Counted from the first letter of the whole stretch, positions 1-13,582 are shown. The stretch is 55,953 bases of DNA, filler included, from Jimgerdemannia flammicorona (GCA_003990765.1; 3 parts of 3 records of this genome joined end to end with filler, not necessarily neighbours in it); one strand, 5' to 3'. Notes: generated by a model from the letters alone, not told the origin. Numbers and translations are program-made.

Positions 1-63
1 GGGGGGGGGAGACAATCAAAAAGAACCGCAATATTAAACACCGATCCCTGGTTTTCCCCATCC

Positions 64-2120
64 TCAGACTCCACACATCTCCGTGGCCCCAATCTTCAGC
101 ACGGCGCCAGTATCGTTGAAATCCCATATGCCACAGTCCACGCAGCCTTCCTCAACAAAGCACTCGGGTACTTCTTCCCAAACAGTGAGGACTCTTTCGA
201 TCACGTCGTGGATCCGGTGCGACCGGATATCCACCTTCCAACCCGATTGGTTCACTACGTCGTACACGCACACGCGGCCTGTGTGGCACTGCGACTCCAT
301 CGCGAAGCCGCCATACCAGCAGCTGCTAGATGGGCCCTGGTTATAAAAAAATGAATGTTCCTTCAGAGATCCCCCTCAATATTCTTGCTCCAATAATCGG
401 CAATCACCTTCATTTCCAACACACACTCCTCAAACAAACTTACCGTGCACACACCCATGAATACCGGATCAGCCGTATGTCCAATATGCCACATCGGGAT
501 CTGGGAGTAATCCACCCCGGCCCCGTACGGAAGGTGGAGTCGACGAGCCGCGAGCAATTCGCCGGGAGCCTCGTACGTCACGGTCGGAAGGCCATATGTA
601 AGACCCAGCAGGCCAGCCAGGGCACCACCGAGGGAGTGACCCGTGGCCCAGATCGTGGCGTTCGTGTAGTCGTCGACGAGGTCCTCAAAAATTTTCTGGG
701 TGTGTGCAGGGGTGAGGCGAATAGGCAGCGATGGCAGTGATTGAGCTAGATTTCTGTCTGTTTTTCCTTTTGCTAATTGCCACCAATACGAAAATAAAGA
801 CAACAAAAGAGTAAGAAAGGTAAGAAAGCAAATACCAATGGATTCACACCTTGGCTATTGAATAATATAGCTCCTCGCTCTCCAAACTACTCTGCACGCA
901 TTCCCCATCGCATGAGTACTCGTCGCCTCTATAGCAATCACAGACCGTTTTCCAACTACTACCGACGCGCGCGCAGCAGCACGAGAAGAGGAGATTGTCC
1001 TGCGTAAAAATAATTTGATGGACCGGTAAGAGCATGAGTGGGGAATCATTGGATCTATGCGAGGGGCCGTGCAAGAGAATACAAGCTTTGGAATAAAGAG
1101 GGAATCGGCGACGGGGATGAGAAGTACCACTCCTAATCGACCCTAGTATACTGTTTTCCTAATAAGATAAGCATACACTTACATTAAACTTGTCTTTGAC
1201 AGCAGTATCTCCACCACCGAAGATTCCAGCGCTTGTGCCCTTTATCGCGATAACCAAGGTGGTGTTATCGGCGTCGCCAAAGATGTGGCCGCGGAGACCG
1301 TCGGTTTCCCATCCAAACGAGATATTCTGTCAGAATCGGTAGAAATGGCGAGTAGAAATGCAGTGGAAGAGAATTAAGGTGACAAGTGTGATCAATTGTT
1401 AGTCACGAACACCACGAACACCAGCGATGTTATGCTGACATTGAGTACTGCATTCCCATGACAACATCTATGTGAAAACAACGATCAAGGCAATTGATGG
1501 AATTGCCTGTAAGCTAAGATGCGACAACTCACCAAGCCCCACTTATCCTCCATATCATACCAATCTTCGCGCTTGTTCGCGTCATTGTACGCATTGTTGG
1601 TCATCTTTGCCAAGCTCACGACGGTATCGTTGTCCGTTACGTCGGGTAACAGGTCGAACCCCCACCTGTAAGCATCTACTCCCTTCGACTTCATAAAATC
1701 TCTCATCCCGCCATTTGTCCTGATGCTGCGGATCATCCGGAAGGTTTCGGCCGAGGGCTTGAACGTCTTGCCGATCTGCGAGTTGACCGTGAAGCTGGTC
1801 TCCTCGTCGGCCGAAAACTGTGCAGCTGAGAGTTGTCCAGCAGAGAAGTCGAGGCGACGGAAAGTGTTGCTAAATGGCCCGCCGGCGCTGCCGTGGTGGT
1901 ATATGCGCTTGAGGGTGAGGGTTTTGGGTGGGAAGGTTTTGGGTGGGAAAGGGTGGTCGCCTTCACGCGCGATTGGGGCATTGGGCAGGGGACCCTTGAA
2001 GGGTTTTTGTTCCGCAGAGGAGGATATAAAAGGGGGGAGAAGACAAAGCAGGAGAACGCATAGGGTGAACGCGTAGTTGGGAAGTAGCGGAGAGGCATGC
2101 CTCTGTGTTGTTTTCTGCAT
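64..2120 (-). CDS. ATG15: Vacuolar lipase Atg15 (class 3 lipase), 5 exons
   Basis: N-terminal hydrophobic anchor; motifs LAKMTNNAY, SFGWETDGLRGHIF, VIAIKGTS, DNLLFSCCCARV, lipase GHSLGG, HIGHTADPVFMGVC, MESQCHTG. GT-AG exons: 2120-1533, 1326-1183, 999-850, 695-444, 336-64. Confidence 0.93.
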
Positions 2121-2699
2121 GGTTGCGTCTTGACAGAAAGGTTAAAGAACAAAACAAGTCACACTATCCAATAGTCTGGGTCACATGACAAAACATTGGT
2201 GACATCTCGACCGAGAGCAAATATGGGGTGCTGCAACAAAACCATACAAAGTAAACATTTGACCATGACGCGAACGGCAACACGTGTTTCGCGTCTGTTT
2301 ACGCAGGTGAGTCAAAGAATTTTAACACTGTAATTACTGGCGACCCACAGTATCCAGCACCCGTACGCGCTTAGCTTAGCACTTGATGCTTTGCGACTCC
2401 TGCGGCTGTTGTTTAGAGCAAGACGCGAAGGATACTCTCTTTGACGTCGTCCTGATGGACGCCCTCTTAGTAGCCTACTCCTTTGATCTTGCGTCTAGTA
2501 TGCTGGACATGGTGCTTCCTACACCTGTTTGTGCTTAGCTAAGTCCTCAGTGCTTAGTGACTCTTGCAGCTGATGTTTGGTAGAGGAGGGGCGGGATATT
2601 CTCTTTGACAGAGTCCTCCACTGATGGACTTTCTTTCTGTAGTCTATTCTTTGATCTCTTTTACCAGAAGTATCATGTCAAGCTAATCTTTTTTCTTGT

Positions 2700-4400
2700 C
2701 TTCTTATATTCTGTCATTGTCAGTATCCTCTATTTAGCTAATATTTTATATTATTTTATTTTTATTTTTTTTGGCAGAAATGAACTTTAAAGATTATATT
2801 TTAAAGTATTTGAATTTTATTGATTATATAGAATAGAGTTTATAGTATTTGGCAGAAAATATCAATTATATGAGTATAAGTTTAGAAGATATTAGTAATA
2901 ATTTTATAGATTTTTTATAAATTAGATTAATAAATAATATTTATTTTAAATTAGTATAAAGGAAGGTTAAAAGACTTTATATGAATTATTATAGTATTAG
3001 ATATATATTAAATTAATAGTAAAATGAATATAAAGCTCTATATATATATAAGTATATGTATTTAATAATAACTCAAAGTATATTCCTTTGACTGTTTTGT
3101 ATTTATATTTAAAGACAAGATTTTAAAAGTTTATAACTTTTAAAATCATAATAACTTTTAAAAAAAAAAATTATAAAAAAAAAAAAAAATTTTTTTTAAA
3201 CAAATTAAGATAGAAAAACAATGTTTCAAAAAAACTTTAATTTATCTGCTAAATTATTTTAAAAGATGATCTTATTTATAATTAAGAAGATATTTAAAAC
3301 TATTATAAAATAGTTTATAGATTATAAAATTTATATCTTAAACTAGTCTATATATATAATTCTCTAATATCAATCTAATTGAATATTTATAATACTTCTT
3401 CAAAAGAAAGCTCAATATATATAAAATATCAGTAAAAAAGATAAAAGAGTTGTAGGAGTAAGTAAAGAATAAGTAGAATGATATTCTATAAGATATTTAT
3501 ATACTACTAGTATACTAAATATATTATTACAATAATTAAAGCTAAGAAAAAATATACAAAATATTAATTATTATTAATAAAGTGATTTAGATATCATCAG
3601 GATTATAAGTATACTAATGATTAATTTAACTTTAAAAGATAATAATTATATATAATTATTTAAATAAGATAAAACTAATATAGTTAAAAGCTTTAAACTT
3701 ACTTTATTACTAGTTAAAAATAACTTTAATATTATTTTTATTTAAGCCATAATAAATTTAAAAAGTAAAAATAATTTAATATTAATATACTTATATCTGT
3801 TATTGTAAATATAATAAAAAGATCTAGTATCATTAGACTAAATAAAGCTCAATATTATAATAGTAGTAAAGATTTTTAATACTTTAATATTCTGAATAAT
3901 TTGGAAATCTACTTTAAAAAGCTGTTTAATATATAAAAGTTTTAACATTTTCTTTTTATTAGTTCTAATTCCAGTATAGTAAAAAATCAAAAAGTTATAA
4001 ATAATCTTTTTCAGAAATTCAAGCTATTAAAAAGTAGTAAATCTAAGACTTCAAAAATTATAGAAAAAATCAAGATCTTGTTATTTTCAGTATTAATGCC
4101 TTCTCTTATAGAATTAAAATATCAGAAATATCTTTATTATAATATTTACCCATTTGTTCAGAATAAATTTAAAGATATTATTTATCTAAACCCAATCTAA
4201 TCTATACTCTTAATAAATAAAAATATTTATATTATTGAAGTTATAAAAACATAAATAATCAAAATAAAATAAATTATCTTTACTACTTTATCAAAGAACA
4301 AACAAAAGTCAAAGAGAGAAAACTAAAAATTATTTATAATTGAGATGAGTGTCTAATAGCTTCTAAACTCTTTTTGCTATGGAAAATGAGTGTGAAAAAA
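2700..4400. mobile_element. Extremely AT-rich degenerate repeat/transposon relic, family not identifiable
   Basis: Abrupt switch to very AT-rich, nearly CpG-free, TpA-rich sequence with no long ORF; same texture as the decayed Gypsy DNA at 44-54 kb. Boundaries are approximate. Confidence 0.45.
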
Positions 4401-4669
4401 ACCCCTTTTGCAGAATACTTTAAGAAATTTTGGGACAAAGCACAAATTGTTTATTCTACACCTCGTGGCTCTAAGTTGAATGAAAAATCATGAGAATATT
4501 CTTATGTTGATCTAAATGATCCCAATGAAAAGAAGAATATTGAAATGTTCACTTTATCTGGTTTTGTTGCAGTACGGCCCATATAATGGAGGTATACATG
4601 TGCTCGACACAAACGTCTATCCATCCTCAATTAAAATCCACCCTCACAACACCTTCCTAACCATCCACA

Positions 4670-7600
4670 TCAATCATATAGGCGCTTCACGCCCACCGGA
4701 CGATCGCTATAAATGTAAGCGATGAATCGACCAGCGATGCCCTTCTCATATGTGGAGAAGACGATAACATAACCTGCGATAAGAAATGGATTATAGAGAG
4801 TGCATCGTGAGTCCAAGGGGTGCTTGCCAAGGGGTGCTGCCAAGCTTGGCAGAATACTCCTGCCTGATAGGCCCAACGATAGTCACATCCCTCACCTCGG
4901 TCACTAGGTGTCAAGACTACATCGTTTGTTGCCACACCCTATGGAAACATCATTCATCGTCATTAATACGCCGATACGAGCATGTACGGTAAATACAACC
5001 ATTAAGGTCAATGCAAACTCGGATCACACAACCAATTCTACCTGAATAGCATTCGTGTAAGGGCCCGAGGTTGCGACTTCCTTGACAAACGGCTTGCCCG
5101 CACCATTGCGCTCAAAAATTGTTACATTGGTCGTCGGAATGGGCTTGATATCGGGGGTTTGCAGGCGGACCCTGAAGGGGTGGACACAAGATTCAAGCCT
5201 TCGCTATTACAACCATAACGCAGCATAGGCAACCCAACGTGATACTAAGATGAAGGAGCCACAATTGCAAATCCCACCTCACGGTCGTTAGCTCTCTCAC
5301 GTCGAGCTGGTAGCGAGGATTCCGGTTGTATCCACCGTTGCTGGAACATCCCATTGCGCTCACGCCAACAATCCTACGATTAAGAACAAAGTGATTAGTT
5401 GAGGGAAAGGTAAAAATGGTGGACTCGAAGATGAATAACGCGACAGTGAGTAGATGACGTACCATTCGCCGTTCACAATTTTACTAAACATTCCCTGCAT
5501 GACATGAACAATGATTGCAGATAAATCAATCATATCCACAGTTGCATCCTACAATTCTCTCATACTCGACCAAACAACGACCGTGCAACTCGATCAATCC
5601 GACTTACCGCTCCTTCCAGAGGTATTGGCGTGACCAAGAATTTCGTGCTACACCCGATGGTTAGGAAAAATTTGTTCAGCAAACCAGCTTCGAACGTAGA
5701 CGCCACCACGGTATAGTCACCGGCTGCGCGCGAGCGACGAGAGGATGATGAGCAACGATGAACAAGAATTTTGAAATGGAATTGATAGGAAGGCGAAGAC
5801 CATTTGAAGAAACGCGAAATCAACCAGGCAATGGTGACTTACGTCGCAAATCAGGCACCTCACAATAGCAAAACCCATGCCGATAATCGCCGGACTGCAC
5901 AACGATGTCCTTCATCGACACGCTACAAGGCAAGAAACGGGAAAATATCAGAACCCACTTAGTATCGAAACAGCCCTTTTCGGCTGTCAACAATCTCAAA
6001 CAAACCAGCCAAAACCCAACACACCTTGCTACCCTTTTGCCACCTTGCACTAACTTGACATGAACTGCGAACGTTCGTGGCGCCTCGAGTATCAAGATCG
6101 CCATCGCGTGGTACAGCGTCCCCGGTGCCACAGGTCCCGAGGCTGGTGGGATGGTTAGCCGCCATTGTGGGTTGTTCATGTACGTCGCGTTGGACGTGTT
6201 ACCGCCGGCAGTCTGTTCTGTCCATTGCCCCGGGATCTGTGGTAAGGATACAATGAGTGGATGATTGATATGAAGCTATTGATTTCATAGTGAGAGTGGC
6301 TGAATAACCGACCTTTTGCTCGAAGGAATACTTCTTCGGTACCTCCATTAAATTGAATGCGGACATGCAGTATGCTCGTAATGTAAAGTTGAGTGATCGT
6401 AATTTCTCGTGCTGCGAGACGACGATTGTATACCGCGAAGTGCCTTGCGGAGCGTTGAAACGGACCTGTGGAATACCAAAAAGATTAAATTAAACTTGAC
6501 CAAGTGATAACGTCGGTCGCAGAAGAGCCGTAAAAGCTTACTAAGATGTGCGGACTGTTGACATATGTGCCCTGTAACCAGACGTGAATGAGAGACCCAT
6601 GCAAACAATCAGGATAAATGATACAACGGTGAACATGGCAACTTCAAAATATACAACTCGAATTGCTTCTCGTTGAGCATAGCCCTCAATATTACCATCC
6701 TACTCACCTCTTTCATCGGATTTCCTGGATAAAACACCCGCTCGCCGTTGGTACCGGCATAGAGATGTAGTGTGATGTAATCCTTGTTTTCTTCCTTGAT
6801 GGTGATGTGCTTGGATAACAGCAACCATACCGCCGCAGGCTTCGGATCATTTACCGTGACTTCAAGACTGAACTGCGGATTGTAGCCTGAATTGGGAGCA
6901 TAAAAATACGAAATGTTCACATTGTTTACTACTGTAGGTTTATAAAGCAAAAAAAGGATCTGAAGCGATGCAACGAAGAGGAGATATTGAACACTTACCA
7001 AGGTTATAAACGTCTTTCTTTGGGCCCATATTCGATGGCCATGGTCTGTATATGGCCAGGCAATTCCGTCCACAAACAATATGAGCTAATTTCATGTGCA
7101 GAGTGCAAACATCTTGCTCGTAACTGCCTCCTCCATCCTTTTAATTGTAATGTTCTGAATAAAACACACTTACGAATGTATGCTTGACTTATACTTGAAC
7201 AGCTCCGGGCTCCAGTTCATGTGAATCGAATCGAAATTGGCGCACATGGAGTCAAAATCAATCCAAAAGATGCCTGGAGGAATGGAAAAGATAAAATAAA
7301 CCTACAACACCAAAAACAAATGCCGAAAAAGCGCACTGAAAATCGCAAGCCGTTCCAGTCGACCACCTCTCATCAAACACGAACCGTCATCTTTTTGGGC
7401 GGCGGTCCTGTAATCATAATCAAGCGCACGCATCAGCTCCGGCGTCCAGCTTGCGGCGTCCATGTGACTGAAAGGCCCTGTCCACCGCTTGTGACTCCAC
7501 GGGTTTTTGACCTGCAAGAACCTTCGGCCTAGTGTCTCACGTATGTCTGCAAGAGTCACGCAGAATAATCAGTAGCGATAAAGACTGGACAGTTTGACAG

Positions 7601-10600
7601 TTTGATGATTGCAATGAGAATCTGGCTGAGAATACGATCGATGTCTTACCTAGAACGGCATATGCGTGCGTCGGCACCAGGCCAATCGCGTCCGCATCCG
7701 CATCTGTTAACTCTCCAGTGGCAATGGTAATAAGTGCGTCGCCTTCAAATTACAATGGGAGCCACATAGAGTGAAGAGTGAGCAATTTTGGCTGTAGGGT
7801 CTCTTCACAATTAGGGCCAGTGATTCGTTGTATTGTGTATCTTGTTTTCATGGACGCTTACCGTACTTTTGCCCAGCCAAGAGCCGTTTCCACACATTGT
7901 CACGGACGAAGTTCTTGCTAGAGCATGAAATGAACACGTAGTTAGATCATCGGATCCAATAGAACTCAAGAACACCCAGTATTCAATTTGTTTCCCTCGT
8001 CATGGAGTAAGTCTCCGCCGACGTACTCATTAATGAATATATGCTCTGGTATCCAGCCCGTGAGAGCGCTTCATCGAGATCGCAATTGTAGGTTAAAAAG
8101 CAATATAAAAATCGAACATAGATAATTGTCAGTGGTGTTGTGAATACCATCATAACAAATGACCATTGCATGAAAGTGGGCTGCCACTTACTGTAAATCG
8201 ATGCCTGAATTGCTATGAGGGAGAAGGTAGATGCAAAACGTGAGATTTAGAAACATGTTGCGCGCTTATTCCACCCTGTCGACTGCGATTGTCAGTGACC
8301 CCAGAAACGGAGGGCGGGATCGATGAGACAACTATACATACGATCCAGGAAAGTCGTATCCACCCATTAGCTTCATATACTACAATCCACCGAATTTTTA
8401 TTGTTTCACATGACATTCTCAGTTTCAGTATTTATGAAAGTCGCTAGAAACATTTAAACTCGTAAACAGTGATAAATTGCGATGGAGCGGACTCCGATAG
8501 TTAACAGCGCAGCAACAAAATACAAGAAAGTACGTACGGCCTTTTCAATAATGCTTGGCCATAACTCCTCCTTGTTCGTCGAGAAAGTGCACATGAGCGT
8601 TCCATCACGCGATACAGGAAGATAGTCGTCGACAACTGGCCGTACATAGCAACAAGGACAACAATATTTGAAGGGAGGAAAGTGGGAAGAAGGGGGTAGA
8701 ACGAGCATATACACACATTCAGTGAATTGATGGGAATGAATGTCGATAGCAAAGGTAAAGGATGAATATACTCACCAACCTAATGTAATGCAAGGAAGCA
8801 CTGGTAATGATCAGTTCAACCGAATTGGCGCCAGATTCCCGTTGACCATGAAGCAAGAACGCTATTTTCTATTGAACACTAGTGCTATAGAGCAAGCTCT
8901 CCAATACCGCCAGTGGTAGACATACCTTTCGCGGGATCCCATTGTAATGTAGCTTAATAATGTACTTGCCGCTCGGATTATAGCATGGCTGGCCATACTT
9001 ATTCTGTGGGTATATGCAAGCTGTGATCAGCTGTGTGGGAGACAAAGGAGAAAGGACAACATCAGATGTTATAAATGATGATACTCATCTTGAAGAGTCA
9101 GTATGCCCCCCCTCCCTCCCCGTCCTCGAACAAAAGTGGACAATTTTAGTTTTTGCGAACCTGCTTATTGAACTTTCGCTCATACGCCGCAGATACGCAC
9201 AGCGAAGCGACAAAGGAACAGTCTGTGACAATATCTTGGACGATATTTGAACTAAGAGCGGATGGATAACACGAAGGACAAAAAAAAAAAAACCATAAAT
9301 AGATAGCCGTGTAAATGACAGTCATCCGCGCAGCCTCTGCAACATGTTTCTCAATTTCTTATATAACCTATAACCTCCTTACTCACCTCGATATCTGATG
9401 AATCATCTTTGGGTTGTTCATGATCTGCGAAGGTCGCTTCCATGCGCCGAATTTAGACTTTTGCTTGTCGGATAAAGGGAGTGCACCATCTAGATCCCTG
9501 CTCGGTGTGCCAACAAACGAAGTCGAGTTGAAACCCAGGGAAATCGCAAACAATGCAAATATATTTGGATCGTTGAAAATACACATCCTACTAACATGAA
9601 CGGTTCCGGAGACGAGAACTTTTCCTTCAGATCCAATTCATCCCAGGGTAAATATAATCGACCGTTCACCTTCGATGTCGTTGTCAACAAATTTTTCTCC
9701 TGCGCCGTATAACGAGGCGCATCTGCGATTCCCGCACCAGATACTACACTCGCAGAAGAGGCAACAGAGGTAATTGATTTCGCACTATGTGTCGAGAGAA
9801 CAGGCGATGGTGGCCGCGGTGGGGTGCTGCTGCTTGACTGGACAGCTGCTGATTGGTTAGAAAATATTCCTTTGACTATCGAATTTTCAAAAAAGCAATA
9901 TGTATCAACAAAGGAAGCATATATAGGGGAAGAATTTCGCATGCTACCTATTATGGACATTTGATTTTTCTGCATCGCTTTCAGTTCCTCTACCCGGTTA
10001 GCAGTCTTTGTAAACTTGGACTTAAGCTCCAAACGATAGGTCTCGTCGGTTGATTCTGCGAGCATCGAGCAATCGACGAAAGTTCATGAAAACGGGTGCC
10101 GCATGCTTTCACTCTGCAGACAAACTGATTGTCCTGGGATACGAGACCCACGAACCTTTGAAGGCCTTGAGAAACCATTCAGCCGCATCCATGTATAGCT
10201 CGAGTGCGTCTTCAGTGTTGTTTTTTTCATCGTGCAAAACCGCTTGATCAAGCGAGAACTATCATTGCAAATGTGAACAGCGGATTAACAATAAAGACAT
10301 TTAATCAACCGTTCACCGAAAAATCCTAACATTGAACAAAAAGCATTCGTTCGTCCTCCTTTCTCTTCTCAAACCCTATGCTCTCTTCCGCTTCCCGCTT
10401 GCAAAAAACTTCGCAAGCAACACAAACACATAATGCTGTACATACCTGCGCCCGTTCAAGCTTCAGATCCAGCTGTGTCCTGGGTCGAGATGCGAGCGAT
10501 GGTGTCTCCGTAGGTGAAGATAGAGAGGATCGCTGAGATGCATCCAGTGAACCTGCAGCAGCGTTTAGTATCTGACTTAACTGCTCGACACGTGTAATGT

Positions 10601-11136
10601 ATTCTTGTGATTTCTGAATCACCATGCTTCTTTTCGCTGGGTCCTGTTCCACTATTAGTATAGGCCGGTTAAGGTATATTGAGGATGAGAGTAAGTATCT
10701 TGCGTCAACAAAGGATATTAACACTACTGTACTGAGACTTACATTGGCAGATATCTGCAAAAATCTGTATATCAATGTGGAAAGTATCAACACGAATGTT
10801 AAGTGTACTTCAAGAACAAACCAACAGGAATCCGCAATAGGGCTACAGAAACACTCCGATTTTTTAACTACTCCGCACTAAGCGCAGGTTCTCTATTTCG
10901 TTTCGTACCTGAATAACCTGCGAATACAACGTTCTGGCCACCTCATACCTCTTACGCTGATCTTCAAAGACTGCCTGTTCGGCAGCCTTGGAGGCCCTTG
11001 AGTATAGCTCTGGGAGGCCCCGCGGGAAAGGGCTCACGGGCGAAGAGGCTGAGGCAACAGAGTTGGTGGGTGAAGGCGTCGAATCACGTAGGATCTGTGG
11101 AACAATGGAGTTAATGATTGGTTTATTGTCTGACAT
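4670..11136 (-). CDS. palB: Calpain-like protease PalB/Rim13/calpain-7 (MIT domains + CysPc + calpain-III domains), many exons
   Basis: Catalytic triad segments in separate exons: [13 protein letters not shown] (~9195-9240, Cys), [11 protein letters not shown] (~7650-7685, His), QVKNPWS (~7495-7515, Asn). Also [28 protein letters not shown] and NPRYQL, plus an N-terminal MIT-like helix. The last exon ends ...VKRLYD* at 4670. Confidence 0.92.
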
Positions 11137-11337
11137 CCCGAATGAGTAGAGGAGTCGAGGAATAGTGAATTGTCAGTTGGATGTGGACGGGCAATTCTAT
11201 GCGGTCATTGCGTTCGATGAAGCACCATGACAGGAGAAGGGTTCCGTGGGATCTCTAGTGGCGGAGCGTGACTGTCTTTAATGCGGCCAAACAAAACTTC
11301 CACCGCGCTTCTTTAGCTTTAGCAGAACTCTCTCGCC

Positions 11338-11911
11338 ATGACCGCACAACTACAGACTGAACTCGACCTGGACTCTTTAGTTCACCTCGAAACAATGTAA
11401 ATATATTTTTTTATTTTATTTTTTTAGCCATTCGTACTCTCCGATCAGTATTCAATATGTAATTTACTCTCAGGTTCGAAGAGCTTGGCCACAAGGATGG
11501 TATCCGAGACGGCAGGCGCTCTGGCACTGTTGAGGGCCGTGTTCTTGGCTGCGAGAAGGGCTTCGAGCTTGCCCGAGAAGTCTATTTTTACTCTGGCTGT
11601 GCTGCCATGTGGTTGAGACTCACCGCCGCGTTCCCTGATCGGTTTCCTGCAAGGTTGGTCGATCGTGCAATGTGCTTGTCGGATTTCAACGAAAGATTCA
11701 TTCTGACAATTGTTTTTATGTTTTATTTAGAACTGTCAAGCAACTTCGTTCGCTGCAGTCCCTCATTGAGGCCTTCCCGACCGAGAACTCTCTCAACACC
11801 GAGATCCTTGCTTTGCTCGACAAGATCCGCGCCAAATACAAGGTTGTCACGTCGCTGTTGGGCGTCACGCAGAAGTATCAAGCCATAGATAAACCTGCCA
11901 TGACCTATTGA
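11338..11911 (+). CDS. LTO1: LTO1/ORAOV1-like Fe-S assembly adaptor (Yae1_N family), 3 exons
   Basis: Exons 11338-11396, 11474-11653, 11731-11911 splice to MTAQ...LETMFEELGHKDGIRDGRRSGTVEGRVLGCEKGFELAREVYFYSG...LLDKIRAKYKVVTSLLGV; the periodic GxxxG repeat is typical of Lto1/Yae1. Confidence 0.85.
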
Positions 11912-13410
11912 CGGCATCCCTAAACCTTGTCTCGGGCGAGGGTCCTCATAAGCGAGGGAATGGCGTTTTTCTGGTTGTAGGTTTCGAACCTTCTTCAAGA
12001 TATAGCGGCAGAACTGCTCGCATAACAAATGCATGTTTTCTTTTATTAGAATTGCGAGCAACAAATTTTTAGAAAAGTAGTCAAAAAGAATATTGATATT
12101 TTATGTACAGCTATCCACACTTGTAGTTTATATCAAGTTGGAGAGTGTTGAAGAAGGACCGACACTCTACTAGGAGAGGCGCCACCTGTCCATCTATCCA
12201 CGTTCCTGCGAGCACACTACTCGCGCCACCGTCGTAATATATACTCCCGCAAGCGCAGATCTCGTCCCTCAGGAACGCATGCCATTAAACGTACCATACT
12301 TCCCGTGAGCACAGGTGTCGTTCGCGTCAGAATGTTATTCTGCCGAAACACTTTTTCCGCTTAATGCAAGGAAAATAATGACAATGCAGGGTCGCGATTT
12401 TGTGTCGCAGGCATGCGGGGTCATGGATACAGCCTCTCGGAAATGTTTAGTTCGGATTTTAGATAGCATGTATATTTTAATGCTCATGTATGAGTATGGT
12501 TCATGAACATGAACATGTTTCCTTTTAGCAAAATCTTCAACATCATGATCAGGATTGATATATTTTTTTGTTTTTTGTTTTTTGTTTTAAAAAAAAAAAA
12601 GAAATTTGTCTCTAATAAAGTCGGATCTATCGCGGGGCGGTTTGTAACCTGTAAAGGGCGACCCTTTTGCTAATATATTCCTTAAGCGAAGCGTCGTAGA
12701 GCAACCTGAAAGTCACCTATTAACTATATTATACATAAAATTAGAGTACCCAAATTCCGATACAGTCAGGCTAGCAGTTTCTGGACGGTTCGGGCGTTTG
12801 TGTGTTAGTGTTGTCTTATGTGTTAGTGTGGTCATTTTTCGACCCTTTTTTTTTATATTTAATAGTGGCCTGTGTGAAGTATGCCACTAACCATCGTATA
12901 CACTGAAATCGCCATCCCTACCATAGTATGATGTATGAGCCTGTATACACTGAAACGCATGAATGACGTGCGTGATGGAACCAATCACGCTCTACCAACC
13001 GTCGTTTTTATCCCCTACCGTAAAATCCTTCGCTGTATACACTGTCGCCACTTCCTCTTTTTGCCATCTAAAAGTTGAGTATAATGTCCTATATGTTTGC
13101 ACACAAGAAAGCTTACTTATTTCGAAAGACGAACTTCTCTGCTTGCAGGGGTACCTTGGCCTAAATGTCCATAGATGATGCCAGCTTGTAGATACGGCGT
13201 AGGTTCGGATGCTGGAGTACCAGATCCCACCCAAGGAGAGTGCCATGGCGAGGACCGTTACTCCTGTGATAGGTGGGCACTATAAACATATAACGCAAGA
13301 TATCAACGGTCCATGCCTATTTTCAGTAGGACGCGTGACGCGTCAATTCCAAAACGTATATACCCGTCGACGGAAACTACGTACTTGTTTACGAATGGCA
13401 AGAACATATT

Positions 13411-13465
13411 GGTTTCGGCCCTTGCCAAAGGGCCTCATCAGTGAGCTTAAAGGCTTGCCCAGACC
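13411..13465 (-). ncRNA. Type III hammerhead ribozyme
   Basis: The minus strand reads GG-UC^-UGGGC-AAGCCUUUAA-GCUCA-CUGAUGA-GGCCCUU-UGGC-AAGGGCC-GAAA-CC. It has the full CUGAUGA/GAAA core, a GUC cleavage triplet, 5-bp stem I, 7-bp stem II and 3-bp stem III. Predicted cut is between 13462 and 13461. Confidence 0.85.
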
Positions 13466-13582
13466 GGGGTTAGTTTGTGTCCGGCCATACTCACAAAAAT
13501 GTTGGGAGAGAAAATCTACTTGCGCGGTTGCCAGAATAGATTTGACGCGTATAATAGGTCGACAGGTTTGCCCTGCGACGCT

